A stretch of 64,000 bases of DNA from Acidimicrobiia bacterium. GTDB lineage: Bacteria > Actinomycetota > Acidimicrobiia > Spongiisociales > Spongiisociaceae. The stretch lies in NCBI GenBank assembly GCA_041576165.1, contig JBFGLM010000022.1, forward strand, positions 1-64,000, read 5' to 3'. The position numbers and the translations under genes were made by a program. The notes under the pieces were generated by a model. That model ran no database searches. It saw only the letters and a list, made by a program, of their open reading frames with translations, and was not told the origin of the DNA. Below are positions 19,538 to 30,164 of the stretch, piece by piece. The number at the start of each line of letters is the position of its first letter. The first letter of the stretch is position 1.

Positions 19538-19878
19538 GACGCAAGAACAAGGCCGAACCGAGATTCTTCCACTTCCGGGTGTTCACCTTTGGGAGCGATG
19601 AAGAGCTGATCGACTCGTTCGGCTCGCTCGAGCGTGCTGAGGAGGAATGGAACGCGGTCAGGGACCAGTTCCTCCAGCGATGGCACCTGTGGGGCATGCC
19701 GCAGGCTTGGTGGCGATTCGAACCTCACGTCCCCGATAATCTGCGGACTGGACCGCACCTGATCATCACGGAGGCCGACGCCGACGAATGGCGAGCGATC
19801 GATCAGGCCCGCAGACGATACCTGGTCGAGCTGGGCATCGATCCGGTACCCGAGATCGGAAGGTTTGGCGCCCGCTGA
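19534..19878 (+). CDS. Hypothetical protein
   Basis: ATG overlaps the VOC gene's stop. Trp-rich ORF ([15 protein letters not shown]). Confidence 0.65.
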   Translation: MRRKNKAEPRFFHFRVFTFGSDEELIDSFGSLERAEEEWNAVRDQFLQRWHLWGMPQAWWRFEPHVPDNLRTGPHLIITEADADEWRAIDQARRRYLVELGIDPVPEIGRFGAR

Positions 19879-19946
19879 TCCGGTGCGCCGACTGCACAAC
19901 TGGTGCCTGAATACCCGGGTACGCTCCCGGCATTTGAGGAGGAAGC

Positions 19947-20666
19947 ATGACGGACTTGAACGGAAAAGTTGTCGCGATCACAGGTGCCACCTCCGGCATC
20001 GGCCGGGCCACCGGGCGGGCCCTGGTCGAGGCTGGCGCCCGTGTGGCGCTGGGGGGGCGCCGGACAGAGCGACTGAAGGAGCTCGAGGCCGAGTTGGGCG
20101 AATCGGCCGTCGGAGTCGAGATGGATGTGCGGTTGCCTGATGATTCACAGCGCCTGATCCAGACGGCGATCGACCAGTTGGGAGGGTTGCACGCCGTTGT
20201 ACCCAACGCCGGAATCGGTGTCTACGGCGGCATCATGGACCGCACAGACGATGAGCTGGCCACGATGATGGACACGAACATCGCCGGGACCGTGTGGCCG
20301 ATCCGGGCGGCGGTGCCGCATTTTCGTGCGTCCGGCGGCGGTGACATCGTGATTGTTGCCTCGGTCGCCGGGTTGCGCGGCGCCGGTGACGAGGCGGTAT
20401 ATGCCGCCACGAAATTCGCACAGGTTGGACTCGCCGGCGGGCTCGATCGCGAGTTGCACGGCGAGAATATCCGCACAACGGTTATCGCGCCGGGTGGTGT
20501 TGCCACCGAATTCGCAATGGGTGCCGGCCGTACGCCCGACATGCCCGGCTTGGCCGACATGCTGCGGCCAGAAGATGTTGCGGCGGCGATCGTCACGGTC
20601 CTGCGACAGCCTGGCCACATGCGGAGTCTGGTCTGGTCCATGCGCCATATGACAGAGGACGACTGA
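19947..20666 (+). CDS. SDR family oxidoreductase
   Basis: TGATSGIG, NAG and YAATK; strong RBS GAGGAGG. Confidence 0.93.
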   Translation: MTDLNGKVVAITGATSGIGRATGRALVEAGARVALGGRRTERLKELEAELGESAVGVEMDVRLPDDSQRLIQTAIDQLGGLHAVVPNAGIGVYGGIMDRTDDELATMMDTNIAGTVWPIRAAVPHFRASGGGDIVIVASVAGLRGAGDEAVYAATKFAQVGLAGGLDRELHGENIRTTVIAPGGVATEFAMGAGRTPDMPGLADMLRPEDVAAAIVTVLRQPGHMRSLVWSMRHMTEDD

Positions 20667-20721
20667 GCCGTCCCGACCTACATCGAACCAGACATTGGCT
20701 TGGCAATCGGCGCCGGGCCAG

Positions 20722-21333
20722 TCAGAGGACAGCGTGCTGGCGGATCCAGGTATGCATGGCGATCCCCGAGGCCACCCCTGCGTTGATCGACCTGGTCGAG
20801 CCGAACTGGGTGATGTGCAGCACCTGGCCGGCGACCCCTCGCATCTCCTCCGACAGACCGGGTCCTTCTTGTCCGAACACCAGCACGCAGCGATATGGGA
20901 GCTCGACCTTCTCGATCGGCAGGGACCCGGGCATCAAGTCCACTCCGATGATCGGTAGTTGATCCCCGGCAGCCCAATCTCTGAATGACGCGACGTCCGG
21001 ATGATGGTGGATGTGCTGATAGCGGTCCGTGACCATCGCGCCCCGCCGGTTCCAACGCTTCCTACCGATGATGTGCACGGCCGCAGCTAGGAACGCGTTG
21101 GCGGTGCGAACCACAGTTCCGATGTTGAAGTCGTACTGCCAGTTTTCGATCCCGACATGAAACGGGTGACGGCGGGTGTCGAGGTCTTCGACAATCGCCT
21201 CTCGCTTCCAGTACCGGTATTTGTCCACGACGTTGCGCCGGTCACCCTCTGCCAGTAACTCTGGGTCAAGGCGCGCGTCGTCTGGCCATGGTTCGGGATG
21301 CGGTCCGACACCAACGTCCGGCTGTTCGGCCAT
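20722..21333 (-). CDS. TrmH/SpoU family RNA methyltransferase
   Basis: NIGTVVRTA, VFGQEGPG and RSINAGVA. Confidence 0.9.
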   Translation of the reverse strand: MAEQPDVGVGPHPEPWPDDARLDPELLAEGDRRNVVDKYRYWKREAIVEDLDTRRHPFHVGIENWQYDFNIGTVVRTANAFLAAAVHIIGRKRWNRRGAMVTDRYQHIHHHPDVASFRDWAAGDQLPIIGVDLMPGSLPIEKVELPYRCVLVFGQEGPGLSEEMRGVAGQVLHITQFGSTRSINAGVASGIAMHTWIRQHAVL

Positions 21334-21391
21334 GGGGGGACTGTATCCCACTACGCTGCGCGTCCGGTCCGGCCAGCAATCGGAGGCACCA

Positions 21392-22246
21392 GTGAAGATC
21401 GGCGCCATGCTGTTTCCCACCGACAAGTCGATCCAGCCGATCGAGTTTGGGGAAGCACTCGAAGAAAGAGGTTTCCATTCGGTGTGGTTCCCCGAACACA
21501 GCCATATCCCGACAAGCAGAGAGACGCCGTGGGGTGGCCGCGAGAACGCGCCGCCGCTCCCGGAATGGTACTGGCGTACCCATGATCAGCTCATCGCACT
21601 CACCGCAGTCGCCGTGCGGACCGAACGCTTGAAGGTGGCAACCGGCATCAGCCTCGTCGCCCAACATGACCCCATTTGGCACGCGAAACAGATTGCGTCA
21701 CTGGACGTGATCTCCAATGGCCGGTTCATCCTCGGCGTGGGGTACGGCTGGAACAAAGAGGAAATGGAACAACACGGTGTTGCGTACCGTACGCGGCGTC
21801 ACCTCGTCCACGAAAAGCTGCGGGCGATGCGAGCCCTCTGGACTGAGGAAGTCGCGGCATTCGAAGGCGACATGGTCCGAATCCAGCCTTCCTGGACCTG
21901 GCCCAAGCCGGTTCAGAAGCCGCACCCACCGATTGTCATGGGCGGGGGGCCGGGGCCCAGGATGTTCGCCGCGATCGCCGAATTCGCCCACGGCTGGTCG
22001 CCGCTCGGGCGCGTCCAGAACTTGAAGGACCACGTGGCGGAGATGCGAGAAGCGGTGGCGGCCGCCGGTCGCGACCCGGACGAGATCGAGGTTTCGATCT
22101 TCCAAGCCCGGCCCAAGCCGGAGAAGATCGAAGAGTGGGTCGCGGCCGGAGTCGAACTCCTGATCATGGACGTCCCTTCGGCCCCGGCCGATGAAGTGCT
22201 CCCGGTCCTCGACAGCTATGCACCGCTCATCAGGGACCTCGCATGA
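21392..22246 (+). CDS. LLM-class F420-dependent oxidoreductase (Rv2161c-like)
   Basis: WFPEHSHIP, AKQIASLD.ISNGRFILGVGYGW and PKPVQKPHPP. Confidence 0.9.
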   Translation: MKIGAMLFPTDKSIQPIEFGEALEERGFHSVWFPEHSHIPTSRETPWGGRENAPPLPEWYWRTHDQLIALTAVAVRTERLKVATGISLVAQHDPIWHAKQIASLDVISNGRFILGVGYGWNKEEMEQHGVAYRTRRHLVHEKLRAMRALWTEEVAAFEGDMVRIQPSWTWPKPVQKPHPPIVMGGGPGPRMFAAIAEFAHGWSPLGRVQNLKDHVAEMREAVAAAGRDPDEIEVSIFQARPKPEKIEEWVAAGVELLIMDVPSAPADEVLPVLDSYAPLIRDLA

Positions 22247-23322
22247 TTGGGATCCGGTTCCGGGACGCCGCCGGGACCGAACATGCCCTCGCCGTCGACG
22301 GTACCCAGTTTGATCACGCCCTGGCAGGAGTTGAGGACTGGATCGATCTGCGCCATCTCTGGTCGGTCCCGGGGCTGGCGGACTGTCATGCTCACCTGGC
22401 TGCCGGTGGCATTGAGGAGATGGTTGACGGGGTTCCGGACGAGGACGAACGAATTGCGCAGAGTGTCCGCTCCCAACTGGATGGCGGTGTACTTCTGGTC
22501 GCCGACAAGGGCTCGAGATCAGACGACAACCTCCAGGTCCTGGACTGGCCCGGCGACCGGCGCCCGGAGATGCACATGGCGGGCCGGATCCTGGCACCAG
22601 CCGACGGGTATTACCCGGAGTTCGAGATCGACGTTTCCGCCAGCGACCTGCCCGCGGCAGTCGAGTCCGCGTGTGCCACCGCCGCCTCATGGGTGAAGCT
22701 GATCGGCGACTGGCCGAGGAAGGGTGTCGGCGCAATACCCAACTATGCAGGGGATGAGCTGGCGTCGGCCGTAGAGGTTGCGCACCGGCACGGACGTCGG
22801 GTGGCGATCCACACTACGGCGCCGGACACCCCCTCATTGGCCGTTGCGGCCGGAGTTGACTCGATCGAACACGGGCTGTACCTCACGGCCGAGGACTTGC
22901 GAATGCTGGGAGGTCGGGGTGGCGCATGGGTGCCGACGGTGGCAGCGATGGAAGCAATCCGTGAGATGCTCGGCCCTGACTCGACCGGAGGAAAGCTCTT
23001 CAGCCACGGCTTGGACAACATTCGGCGCCTCCTACCGGAAGCAGCCGGTGCTGGTGTCCAGGTGCTGGCCGGTACCGATCTGCATCTCGAACACGGGCGG
23101 GTGGCCGAGGAGGCGGTCGCGCTATGCCGCTACGGCCTCACTGGGGCGGAGGCGCTGGCTGCGGTAACAACCAATGCGTACGACTATCTCGACTCAAGCC
23201 GCGGGTTTGCCTCGGGCCTGATCGCGGATCTCGTGGCATTCGACGCCAATCCCTGTGACGATATCGCGGCCTTGTCCACGCCGCAGGTGATCATGCGGGC
23301 CGGCCGGATGGTTCGATCGTGA
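22243..23322 (+). CDS. Amidohydrolase family protein
   Basis: PGLADCHAHL, VAIH, DSIEHG and LAGTD. Confidence 0.88.
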   Translation: MIGIRFRDAAGTEHALAVDGTQFDHALAGVEDWIDLRHLWSVPGLADCHAHLAAGGIEEMVDGVPDEDERIAQSVRSQLDGGVLLVADKGSRSDDNLQVLDWPGDRRPEMHMAGRILAPADGYYPEFEIDVSASDLPAAVESACATAASWVKLIGDWPRKGVGAIPNYAGDELASAVEVAHRHGRRVAIHTTAPDTPSLAVAAGVDSIEHGLYLTAEDLRMLGGRGGAWVPTVAAMEAIREMLGPDSTGGKLFSHGLDNIRRLLPEAAGAGVQVLAGTDLHLEHGRVAEEAVALCRYGLTGAEALAAVTTNAYDYLDSSRGFASGLIADLVAFDANPCDDIAALSTPQVIMRAGRMVRS

Positions 23323-23891
23323 AGCTCGTACTCGGCTCGGGCTCGCCTCGCCGGGCCCGCCTCCTGGCAGAAGCCGGCTATCAATTCGAAATCGCGCCGG
23401 CTGGCGTCGATGAGGCGGCCGCACCCGGCGAAACGGCAGCGGACATGGTGGTTCGGCTGGCCAAGGCCAAAGCTGACGCGGTGGTTCCGCGTCACCCGGA
23501 TTCGGTCGTCCTGACTGCCGACACCGTGGTGGTGCTCGACGGGCGGGTGCTGGGCAAGCCCACGGGCCCGAGCGAAGCGGCCCAGATGCTGCGTGATCTG
23601 TCCGGTCGGGAGCACCTCGTGCTAACCGGCTCCGTGGTCGCTCACCCCATCGGGTCTGAGGCCCAGGTGACCTCGACCCGAGTGGCGTTTCGCCGGCTGG
23701 ATGCATCCACTATCGGCGACTACGTAGATTCTGGCGAGCCGATGGACAAAGCTGGTGCCTACGCTATTCAGGGAGGGGCCGCAGCTTTCGTGGAGGCGAT
23801 CAGCGGCCCATTCGACAATGTTGTCGGTTTGCCGATCGATACCATTCGTCCGGTACTTGCCGGGCTCGGCATCCAACCGAGGAGAAGGTGA
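23319..23891 (+). CDS. maf: Maf-family nucleoside triphosphate pyrophosphatase
   Basis: LGSGSPRR, ADTVV, LGKP, DKAGAYAIQG and NVVGLP. Confidence 0.93.
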   Translation: MKLVLGSGSPRRARLLAEAGYQFEIAPAGVDEAAAPGETAADMVVRLAKAKADAVVPRHPDSVVLTADTVVVLDGRVLGKPTGPSEAAQMLRDLSGREHLVLTGSVVAHPIGSEAQVTSTRVAFRRLDASTIGDYVDSGEPMDKAGAYAIQGGAAAFVEAISGPFDNVVGLPIDTIRPVLAGLGIQPRRR

Positions 23892-24349
23892 TGGAGCGCA
23901 CGCTGGAGGATCTCCGGGCCTTCGTACGCGCCGACCATGGTCTGGCGACGGTGTCCTTCGCACGGCCGGACGGCTCGGTGCATTCCAGTGTTGTCAACGG
24001 CGGCGTGATGGACCATCCATTGACTGGGCGCCCCACCGTTGCGTTTGTGGTGCGCGGCCACACCGTCAAGCTCAAACATTGGCGACGCGACCCGAAGGCG
24101 ACCATCGTGTTTCGATCCGGCTGGGCGTGGATCGGCGTGGAGGGGTCGCTCACGTTGATAGGACCGGACGATCCGGTCGAGGGGTTCGACCCGGCCGGGG
24201 TCCCACAGCTGCTGCGCGACGTATTCACAGCCGCCGGCGGGACACACGAAGACTGGGACGAGTACGACCGGGTGATGGCTGAGGAGCGGCGAGCAGCCGC
24301 CCTCCTCGCACCGAACCGGATCCGTGGAGTGGGCCACCCGCCAGGGTGA
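23888..24349 (+). CDS. PPOX-class (split-barrel) F420-dependent oxidoreductase
   Basis: ARPDGSVHSSVV, RDPKAT and DWDEYDRVMAEERR. Confidence 0.88.
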   Translation: MMERTLEDLRAFVRADHGLATVSFARPDGSVHSSVVNGGVMDHPLTGRPTVAFVVRGHTVKLKHWRRDPKATIVFRSGWAWIGVEGSLTLIGPDDPVEGFDPAGVPQLLRDVFTAAGGTHEDWDEYDRVMAEERRAAALLAPNRIRGVGHPPG

Positions 24350-27300
24350 TGAGTGGGATCCTGGCCGGCACGCCCGATTTCACCCCCGGCGAGGCGGCGG
24401 AGCTGTGGGCTGACGCCTACGGCGACGTCATCCAGGTCGACCGCCTGCCGAGCGAGCGAGATCAGAACTTCCGTGTGTCGACCGCGAAGGGGACGAGGCT
24501 GCTCAAGATCTTCAATGCGCGGGAGGATCCGGCGTTCGTCGGTGTGCAACATCAGGTCTGGGACCGGCTCGGCGACCATGTCGACTACTGCCCGCGCCTG
24601 ATCAAGACCAGGAGCGGGAGCCCGACTCGGACGGTGGCCAGCCCGCGCCTGGGCACCGAACACATGGCCCGCGCTACGACCTGGCTGGACGGCACGCCGC
24701 TGAGCGAAGTCGGCTACCGGTCTGCGAGCCTGCTCCGGGACCTCGGAGCCAAACTCGGGGCTCTCGACGATGCGCTCGCCGGGTTTGATCATCCCGCTGC
24801 CCATCGAGCGTTCCGGTGGGACCTGCGTCGAGCCCCGGCAGTACTGGCCCAGCATCGCGACCACCTGGACGGCGCAGGTGGCAAGTGGGCCGACCGGGTT
24901 GACGAGCTGTATGCCGGCCGGGTCGTACCGCGCCTCGAGCGGCTGCGCACCAGTGTGATCCACAACGACGCGAACGACCACAACATCCTGTGCGGTGGGG
25001 GCCGCGACCCGTGGACACGGCATCAGACCGTCACCGGCATCGTGGATTGGGGAGACATGGTTCACAGCTACACCGTCGGTAACGTCGCCGTTGCCCTTGC
25101 CTATGTGGCGCTCGATCACGACGATCCGTTGGGCGCGGCGAGTGCAGTAATCCACGGATATCAGCCGGTATATCCGCTCACCGAGGATGAACTCGATGTG
25201 CTGTGGGGCATGACGCTGATGCGGCTGGCAGTCAGCATGGTCCTCGCCGCCGTCCAACAGCGAGAGCGCCCTGACGACGCCTATCTCACAGTCAGTCAGG
25301 ACTCGGTCCAGGTCGTTCTGCCCGCCCTGTTGGAACTGCCGTACGGCTATGCGACCGCCGTATTGCGCCACGCTGCCGAAGTGGAGCCCGTGCGTGGCGC
25401 CTCCGCGGTGGCCGATCATTTGACCTCCATCGCCGGCACCACCCAGCCGGTGCTGGGAGTGCCCTTCACTCAGGACAACACAATCAAGCTGGATCTCGGA
25501 GTCGACTCGCTCGTCTCGACCGGCGACCCTACGGTCTTCGATGCGTCCGAGGTCGGGATACCCAGCGCCGAGCGCAAGATGGCAGCGGCCGGCGCGAGCT
25601 TCGCCGTAGGCGCGTTCGGCGAGGCACGCCTGATCTACACCCATCCAGTGTTCGCGACGGGTCCCTCGCCGCTCTCAGAGCGCCGAACCATCCACTTGGG
25701 CGTCGATCTATTTGCTGCCGTTGGTTCGCCGGTCCACGCACCGCTGGCCGGGTTGGTGCGCGCCGTGGGTCCTGCGCCCGAGCCGCAGGGCTACGGCCAC
25801 GCCATAACGCTGCGACACGAGACGCCCGGAGGCGTGCCCTTTTGGACGCTGTATGGGCATCTGTCGGCTGACTCGCTCGCGACTGTTGCGCCCGGTGACA
25901 GGATCGAGGCGGGACACCCGATCGGCTCCATCGGCCCGCCGGAGGAAAACGGCGGATGGTCGCCCCACCTCCATTTCATGGTCATTACGGACATGCTGGA
26001 CCACGCTCACGACTTCCCCGGCGTCGGTCTCGCCTCCCACCTCGAGGTCTGGACTTCTCTGGCGATCGACCCCAGCCCGCTGCTGGGCATTCCCGCCAGC
26101 CTGGCACCCCAGGAACCGAGCGCAGCGGAGACCGCATCTCGCCGCGCGCGGTATTTGGCGCCCAGTCTGCGATTGAGTTACCAGGAGCCGGTCAGGCTGG
26201 CACGCGGCTGGATGCAGTGGCTGTGGGACGACGCAGGACGACGATATCTCGACGCCTACAACAACGTTCCTCATATCGGCCACGCCCACCCCGCGGTAGT
26301 CGCGGCCGCCGCCCGCCAAATGGCAGTGCTCAACACCAACACCCGCTACCTCCACGAGAGCATCATTCGTTATGCGGAACGGCTCGGCGCCACCCTCCCG
26401 CCGCCGCTCGATGTATGCGTGTTCACCAACTCAGCCAGTGAGGCCAACGAGGTAGCGGTGCGGATGGCGCGTGCGGCCACCGGCCGCCGGGGCATGGTGG
26501 TGCTCGAAGACGCGTACCACGGCCACACAACGTCACTGATCGACCTGAGCCCGTACAAGCATTCGGGACCCGGGGGCGAAGGTCCTCCCGACTGGGTGGC
26601 AGTGGCCGCTGTGCCCGACACGTATCGCGGTCCCTACCACGCAGACGATCCCGCGGCGGCCGCCAGGTATGCGGCGGATGTGAAGCGGGCATGCGCAGAC
26701 CTCGCATCCGATTGGGGGGTGGCGGGATTCCTGGCAGAGACGTTCCCGAGCGTGGCCGGACAAATCGTTCCGCCCGCCGGGTACCTAGCGGCGGCGTACG
26801 AACACGTCCGAGCCGCCGGAGGATTGGTGATAGCCGATGAAGTGCAGACCGGCTACGGCCGGACCGGCACGCTCTACGCCTTCGAGCAGCAAGGCGTTGT
26901 TCCCGACATCGTCGTGTTGGGAAAGCCGATCGGCAATGGCCACCCGATCGGCGCGGTGGTGACCACTCGGGAGATTGCCGATTCCTTTGACACCGGCATG
27001 GAGTTCTTCTCCACCTTTGGTGGTAACACGGTGTCGGCCGCCGTGGGCCTGGCCGTGCTCGATGTCCTCGAGCGAGATGGTCTGGTTGCCCACTCCCAGG
27101 AGGTCGGTGGTGACCTGTTACAGGCGCTGGGTGAGCTGCCGTCCCGCCACCCTATCGTGGGGGATGTTCGCGGCCGCGGTCTCTACCTCGGGGTCGAATT
27201 GGTCCTGGACGCTGGCACGCTGGATCCCGCAACAGACGAAGCCTCATTCGTGGTCAACCAGCTCCGTCAGCGCGGGATTCTGATAGGTACGGAGGGCCCG

Positions 27301-27402
27301 TTCGGCAACGTGTTGAAGATACGGCCGCCACTGCCGTTCGACCATCGCAACGTTGCGTTGCTGGTGGAGCACCTCGATGTTGTTCTGGGCTGGCTCCACT
27401 GA
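24346..27402 (+). CDS. Tri-domain fusion: APH-type kinase + M23 peptidase-like + class III aminotransferase (hydroxylysine kinase/phospho-lyase-like)
   Basis: Kinase motifs HNDANDHN and DWGD; M23 motifs HLGVD and HLH; AT-III motifs YLDAYNNV, ADEVQTGYGR and LGKPIGNG. Confidence 0.88.
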   Translation: MMSGILAGTPDFTPGEAAELWADAYGDVIQVDRLPSERDQNFRVSTAKGTRLLKIFNAREDPAFVGVQHQVWDRLGDHVDYCPRLIKTRSGSPTRTVASPRLGTEHMARATTWLDGTPLSEVGYRSASLLRDLGAKLGALDDALAGFDHPAAHRAFRWDLRRAPAVLAQHRDHLDGAGGKWADRVDELYAGRVVPRLERLRTSVIHNDANDHNILCGGGRDPWTRHQTVTGIVDWGDMVHSYTVGNVAVALAYVALDHDDPLGAASAVIHGYQPVYPLTEDELDVLWGMTLMRLAVSMVLAAVQQRERPDDAYLTVSQDSVQVVLPALLELPYGYATAVLRHAAEVEPVRGASAVADHLTSIAGTTQPVLGVPFTQDNTIKLDLGVDSLVSTGDPTVFDASEVGIPSAERKMAAAGASFAVGAFGEARLIYTHPVFATGPSPLSERRTIHLGVDLFAAVGSPVHAPLAGLVRAVGPAPEPQGYGHAITLRHETPGGVPFWTLYGHLSADSLATVAPGDRIEAGHPIGSIGPPEENGGWSPHLHFMVITDMLDHAHDFPGVGLASHLEVWTSLAIDPSPLLGIPASLAPQEPSAAETASRRARYLAPSLRLSYQEPVRLARGWMQWLWDDAGRRYLDAYNNVPHIGHAHPAVVAAAARQMAVLNTNTRYLHESIIRYAERLGATLPPPLDVCVFTNSASEANEVAVRMARAATGRRGMVVLEDAYHGHTTSLIDLSPYKHSGPGGEGPPDWVAVAAVPDTYRGPYHADDPAAAARYAADVKRACADLASDWGVAGFLAETFPSVAGQIVPPAGYLAAAYEHVRAAGGLVIADEVQTGYGRTGTLYAFEQQGVVPDIVVLGKPIGNGHPIGAVVTTREIADSFDTGMEFFSTFGGNTVSAAVGLAVLDVLERDGLVAHSQEVGGDLLQALGELPSRHPIVGDVRGRGLYLGVELVLDAGTLDPATDEASFVVNQLRQRGILIGTEGPFGNVLKIRPPLPFDHRNVALLVEHLDVVLGWLH

Positions 27403-27440
27403 GACCGAGCCGCCGCTCGACAGCGAGCAGCTACCGGCAC

Positions 27441-29744
27441 CTAGCCGTCCTTCGGTTGTGCCCGGTTGACGATCTGCGGGCTCCGATGCGGGGCAGGGCT
27501 CGGAGCCTCGGGGGCCTTCACCACGTCGACCAAACAGCTCTGTGCGACCGGGCCCTGTGCCAGCGACGAGGTGCCCACGTCCCGGGTGAGCACGTTGGGA
27601 TTGCCGTGCCGGCATGGCGAACCAGGAACGCTCGGATCCGCCGGGTCGTACCAGGCGCCGGTCGGCAGCTCGATCACCCCCACTCGCACGGCCTCGCTCA
27701 CGCGCACGCCTGCGTAGCAGGCACCCCTGTCGTTGAAGATCCGTACCGGATCGCCGGTGTGCAGGTCCCGGGCAGCAGCATCGATTGGATGCATCCGGAC
27801 CACCTCGCGTCCGTCGATCTTGCGCTCGGTGCTGGTGAGGCCGTGGTCCAGCTGGGAGTGCAGCCGGGTGGATGGCTGATTCGATATGAGATGTAACGGG
27901 TAACGGTCGGCGTTGCCAAGCCACTCGTGCGAGGGGAGGAAGGTCGGATGGGGCGGGCAGTCGTCATACCGGAATCCGGCAATGGTTGACGAATACAGCT
28001 CGATCTTTCCCGATGGCGTGGGCAGTGGGTTCGCGTCGGGGTCCGCTCGGAACGCGTCGAACAGCACCACCAGGGCCTCCGGCGTTTCTGGATGCTGGAC
28101 GTAGCCGGCGGCCACGAACTCATCGAAGGTGGGGTACTCCGGGAACTGATCAAGAAACGTGTCGTACAGGTGCTTGACCCACTCCCGGGCCGTGCGGCCC
28201 TCAGTGAACCGGTCACCGACACCGAGGCGGCTGGCCAGGCCGGCAAATATCTCATAGTCGTCCCGCGACTCTCCCACCGGCTCGATGGCAGGTTGCATCG
28301 CAAAGAGGAAGTCCTCTCGCACCGAGCCGCCGACGTCGAAGCGTTCGAGCGGCGTGGTGGCCGGGAACACAATGTCGGCGCGCCGTGCGGTGGCGGTCCA
28401 GTACGGCTCGTTCACGATGATGGTTTCGGGCCGTTGCCACGCGGTCACCAGACGATTCAGGTCCTGATGATGGTGAAATGGGTTCCCGCCCGTCCAGTAG
28501 ATGAGCTTGATGTCCGGGTAGCTGAGGTCCTGTCCGTTGTAGGTGAATCCGCCATCGGGCTGGAGCAGCATATCGGCGATCCGGGCAACTGGAATGAAGT
28601 CTTCAACCGGATTGGCGTCCCGACCCAGCGACGGGAAGGGTCGCCGGGTCACCCCATTTCCGACCGATGCAACTGCCCCGTAGCCCAGCCCGAATCCACC
28701 ACCGGGCAAGCCGACCTGACCGATGACGCACGCCAGCGCGATGAGCGCCCACCACGTCTGCTCACCGTGGTCGGCCCGTTGCAGACCCCACGCGATATTG
28801 AGCATCGTCCGGCTCGCGGACAGTTCGTGGGCGAGTGATCGGATCCGGCCCGGATCGATCTCGGCGATGCCTGCGGCCCAGCCAGCATCTTTCGGAACGC
28901 CGTCAGCCTGGCCCGTGATGTAGGCGCGCAACTCGGGCCAGCCGACGCAGTATCGAGCAAGAAACGCCTCATCCGCGTGGTCTCTGGCGGTCAGCGTGTG
29001 CATCATCGCGAGCATGATCGCCACGTCGGTCCCGGGCCGGGGGGCGATCCACTCGGCTTCGAGGTCGGCCAGCATGTCGTCGCGGATCGGCGAGATGTTC
29101 ACGAAGCGGGTACCGCGGTCGCGTGCGCGTTCCAGCCATCCGCGCAGGCTGTGCCGTCCCAAGCCACCGTTCTGCACTTGCGCGTTCTTCATGGGGATGC
29201 CGCCGAACGACACGATGAGATCGGCACTCTCCGCGATGATCGGCCATGACGTGTGGGCCTGCTGGACGTGCCAGTAATCGTGCCCGAGCACATGAGGAAC
29301 GATCACTTCTCCAGCCGCGTGGCTGTAAGTGTCGCGCTTTGAGGTGTAGCCGCCGATGTTGGTCAGGAACCTGTGGAGCTGGCTTTGGGCATGGTGGAAA
29401 CGCCCGGGGCTCGACCACCCGTAGGACCCGCCGAATATTGCCTGATTTCCGAATGAAGCCCGAACTCGGCCGAGCTCGGCAGCGGCAAGATCGAGGGCCT
29501 CATCCCAATCAACCTCGACAAACGGATCGACGCCCCGCAGCTCGGTCCGCGCTCCCGGCCCGACCTCCAACCAGCTGCGGCGGATAGATGGCCCCAGCAC
29601 CCTGCTGCGGGTGACGGCTTCCAGCGATGCTCCGATCGGGGAGGGATCCGGGTCTTTGGCGAACGGTCGGACTCCCGTGATCCGGCGTCCGTCACTATCG
29701 ACCTCGTAGGCGCCCCAGTGGGTGACGGTCATCTTCGTTGTCAT
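27441..29744 (-). CDS. Cytoplasmic Mo-bisPGD S/N-oxide reductase (BisC/TorZ/DMSO reductase family)
   Basis: THWG, SYGWSS, TYS (Ser ligand), GGNPFHHH and RLHSQ. No Tat leader. Confidence 0.9.
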   Translation of the reverse strand: MTTKMTVTHWGAYEVDSDGRRITGVRPFAKDPDPSPIGASLEAVTRSRVLGPSIRRSWLEVGPGARTELRGVDPFVEVDWDEALDLAAAELGRVRASFGNQAIFGGSYGWSSPGRFHHAQSQLHRFLTNIGGYTSKRDTYSHAAGEVIVPHVLGHDYWHVQQAHTSWPIIAESADLIVSFGGIPMKNAQVQNGGLGRHSLRGWLERARDRGTRFVNISPIRDDMLADLEAEWIAPRPGTDVAIMLAMMHTLTARDHADEAFLARYCVGWPELRAYITGQADGVPKDAGWAAGIAEIDPGRIRSLAHELSASRTMLNIAWGLQRADHGEQTWWALIALACVIGQVGLPGGGFGLGYGAVASVGNGVTRRPFPSLGRDANPVEDFIPVARIADMLLQPDGGFTYNGQDLSYPDIKLIYWTGGNPFHHHQDLNRLVTAWQRPETIIVNEPYWTATARRADIVFPATTPLERFDVGGSVREDFLFAMQPAIEPVGESRDDYEIFAGLASRLGVGDRFTEGRTAREWVKHLYDTFLDQFPEYPTFDEFVAAGYVQHPETPEALVVLFDAFRADPDANPLPTPSGKIELYSSTIAGFRYDDCPPHPTFLPSHEWLGNADRYPLHLISNQPSTRLHSQLDHGLTSTERKIDGREVVRMHPIDAAARDLHTGDPVRIFNDRGACYAGVRVSEAVRVGVIELPTGAWYDPADPSVPGSPCRHGNPNVLTRDVGTSSLAQGPVAQSCLVDVVKAPEAPSPAPHRSPQIVNRAQPKDG

Positions 29745-29821
29745 ATGCTCATTCTGCCTCATCGGGCCTGGGCGCGGCCCGGTGAGGCATGCTCTTTCGC
29801 CGGGTCGTACGATCTGGCGTC

Positions 29822-30163
29822 ATGCGAGTCATGATCGATCTTTGTGTCGTCCCCGTCGGGGTGGGCGTCTCTGTGTCCTCCTATATCGCAGCGTGCGAAC
29901 AGGTTCTGCAGGACGCCGGCCTCAGCCACCAACTCCACGCGTACGGCACGAACGTCGAGGGGGACTGGGACGATGTCTTCGCAGCGGTGAAGCGCTGCCA
30001 CGAAGTGGTGCATGCGATGGGCGCACCCCGGATCACAACATCGATGCGCGTAGGAACCAGAACGGACCGGGTACAGACAATCGTCGACAAGATCCGAAGC
30101 GTCGAAGCGAAGGCGGGGGCCCCGGTGGAATCGGGCGGCCCGGCCGGGAAGAGAGGACAGTGA
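29822..30163 (+). CDS. MTH1187/YkoF-like thiamine-binding protein
   Basis: LHAYGTNVEGDWD motif; TACGAT -10 box before a leaderless start. Confidence 0.9.
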   Translation: MRVMIDLCVVPVGVGVSVSSYIAACEQVLQDAGLSHQLHAYGTNVEGDWDDVFAAVKRCHEVVHAMGAPRITTSMRVGTRTDRVQTIVDKIRSVEAKAGAPVESGGPAGKRGQ

Positions 30164-30164
30164 C

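Noticed and set aside
23800-25644. 614-aa minus-strand ORF and similar long antisense ORFs (4462-5700, 17834-18994, 60254-61183)
   Set aside because: They are shadows of real genes caused by high-GC codon bias, with no recognisable motifs.
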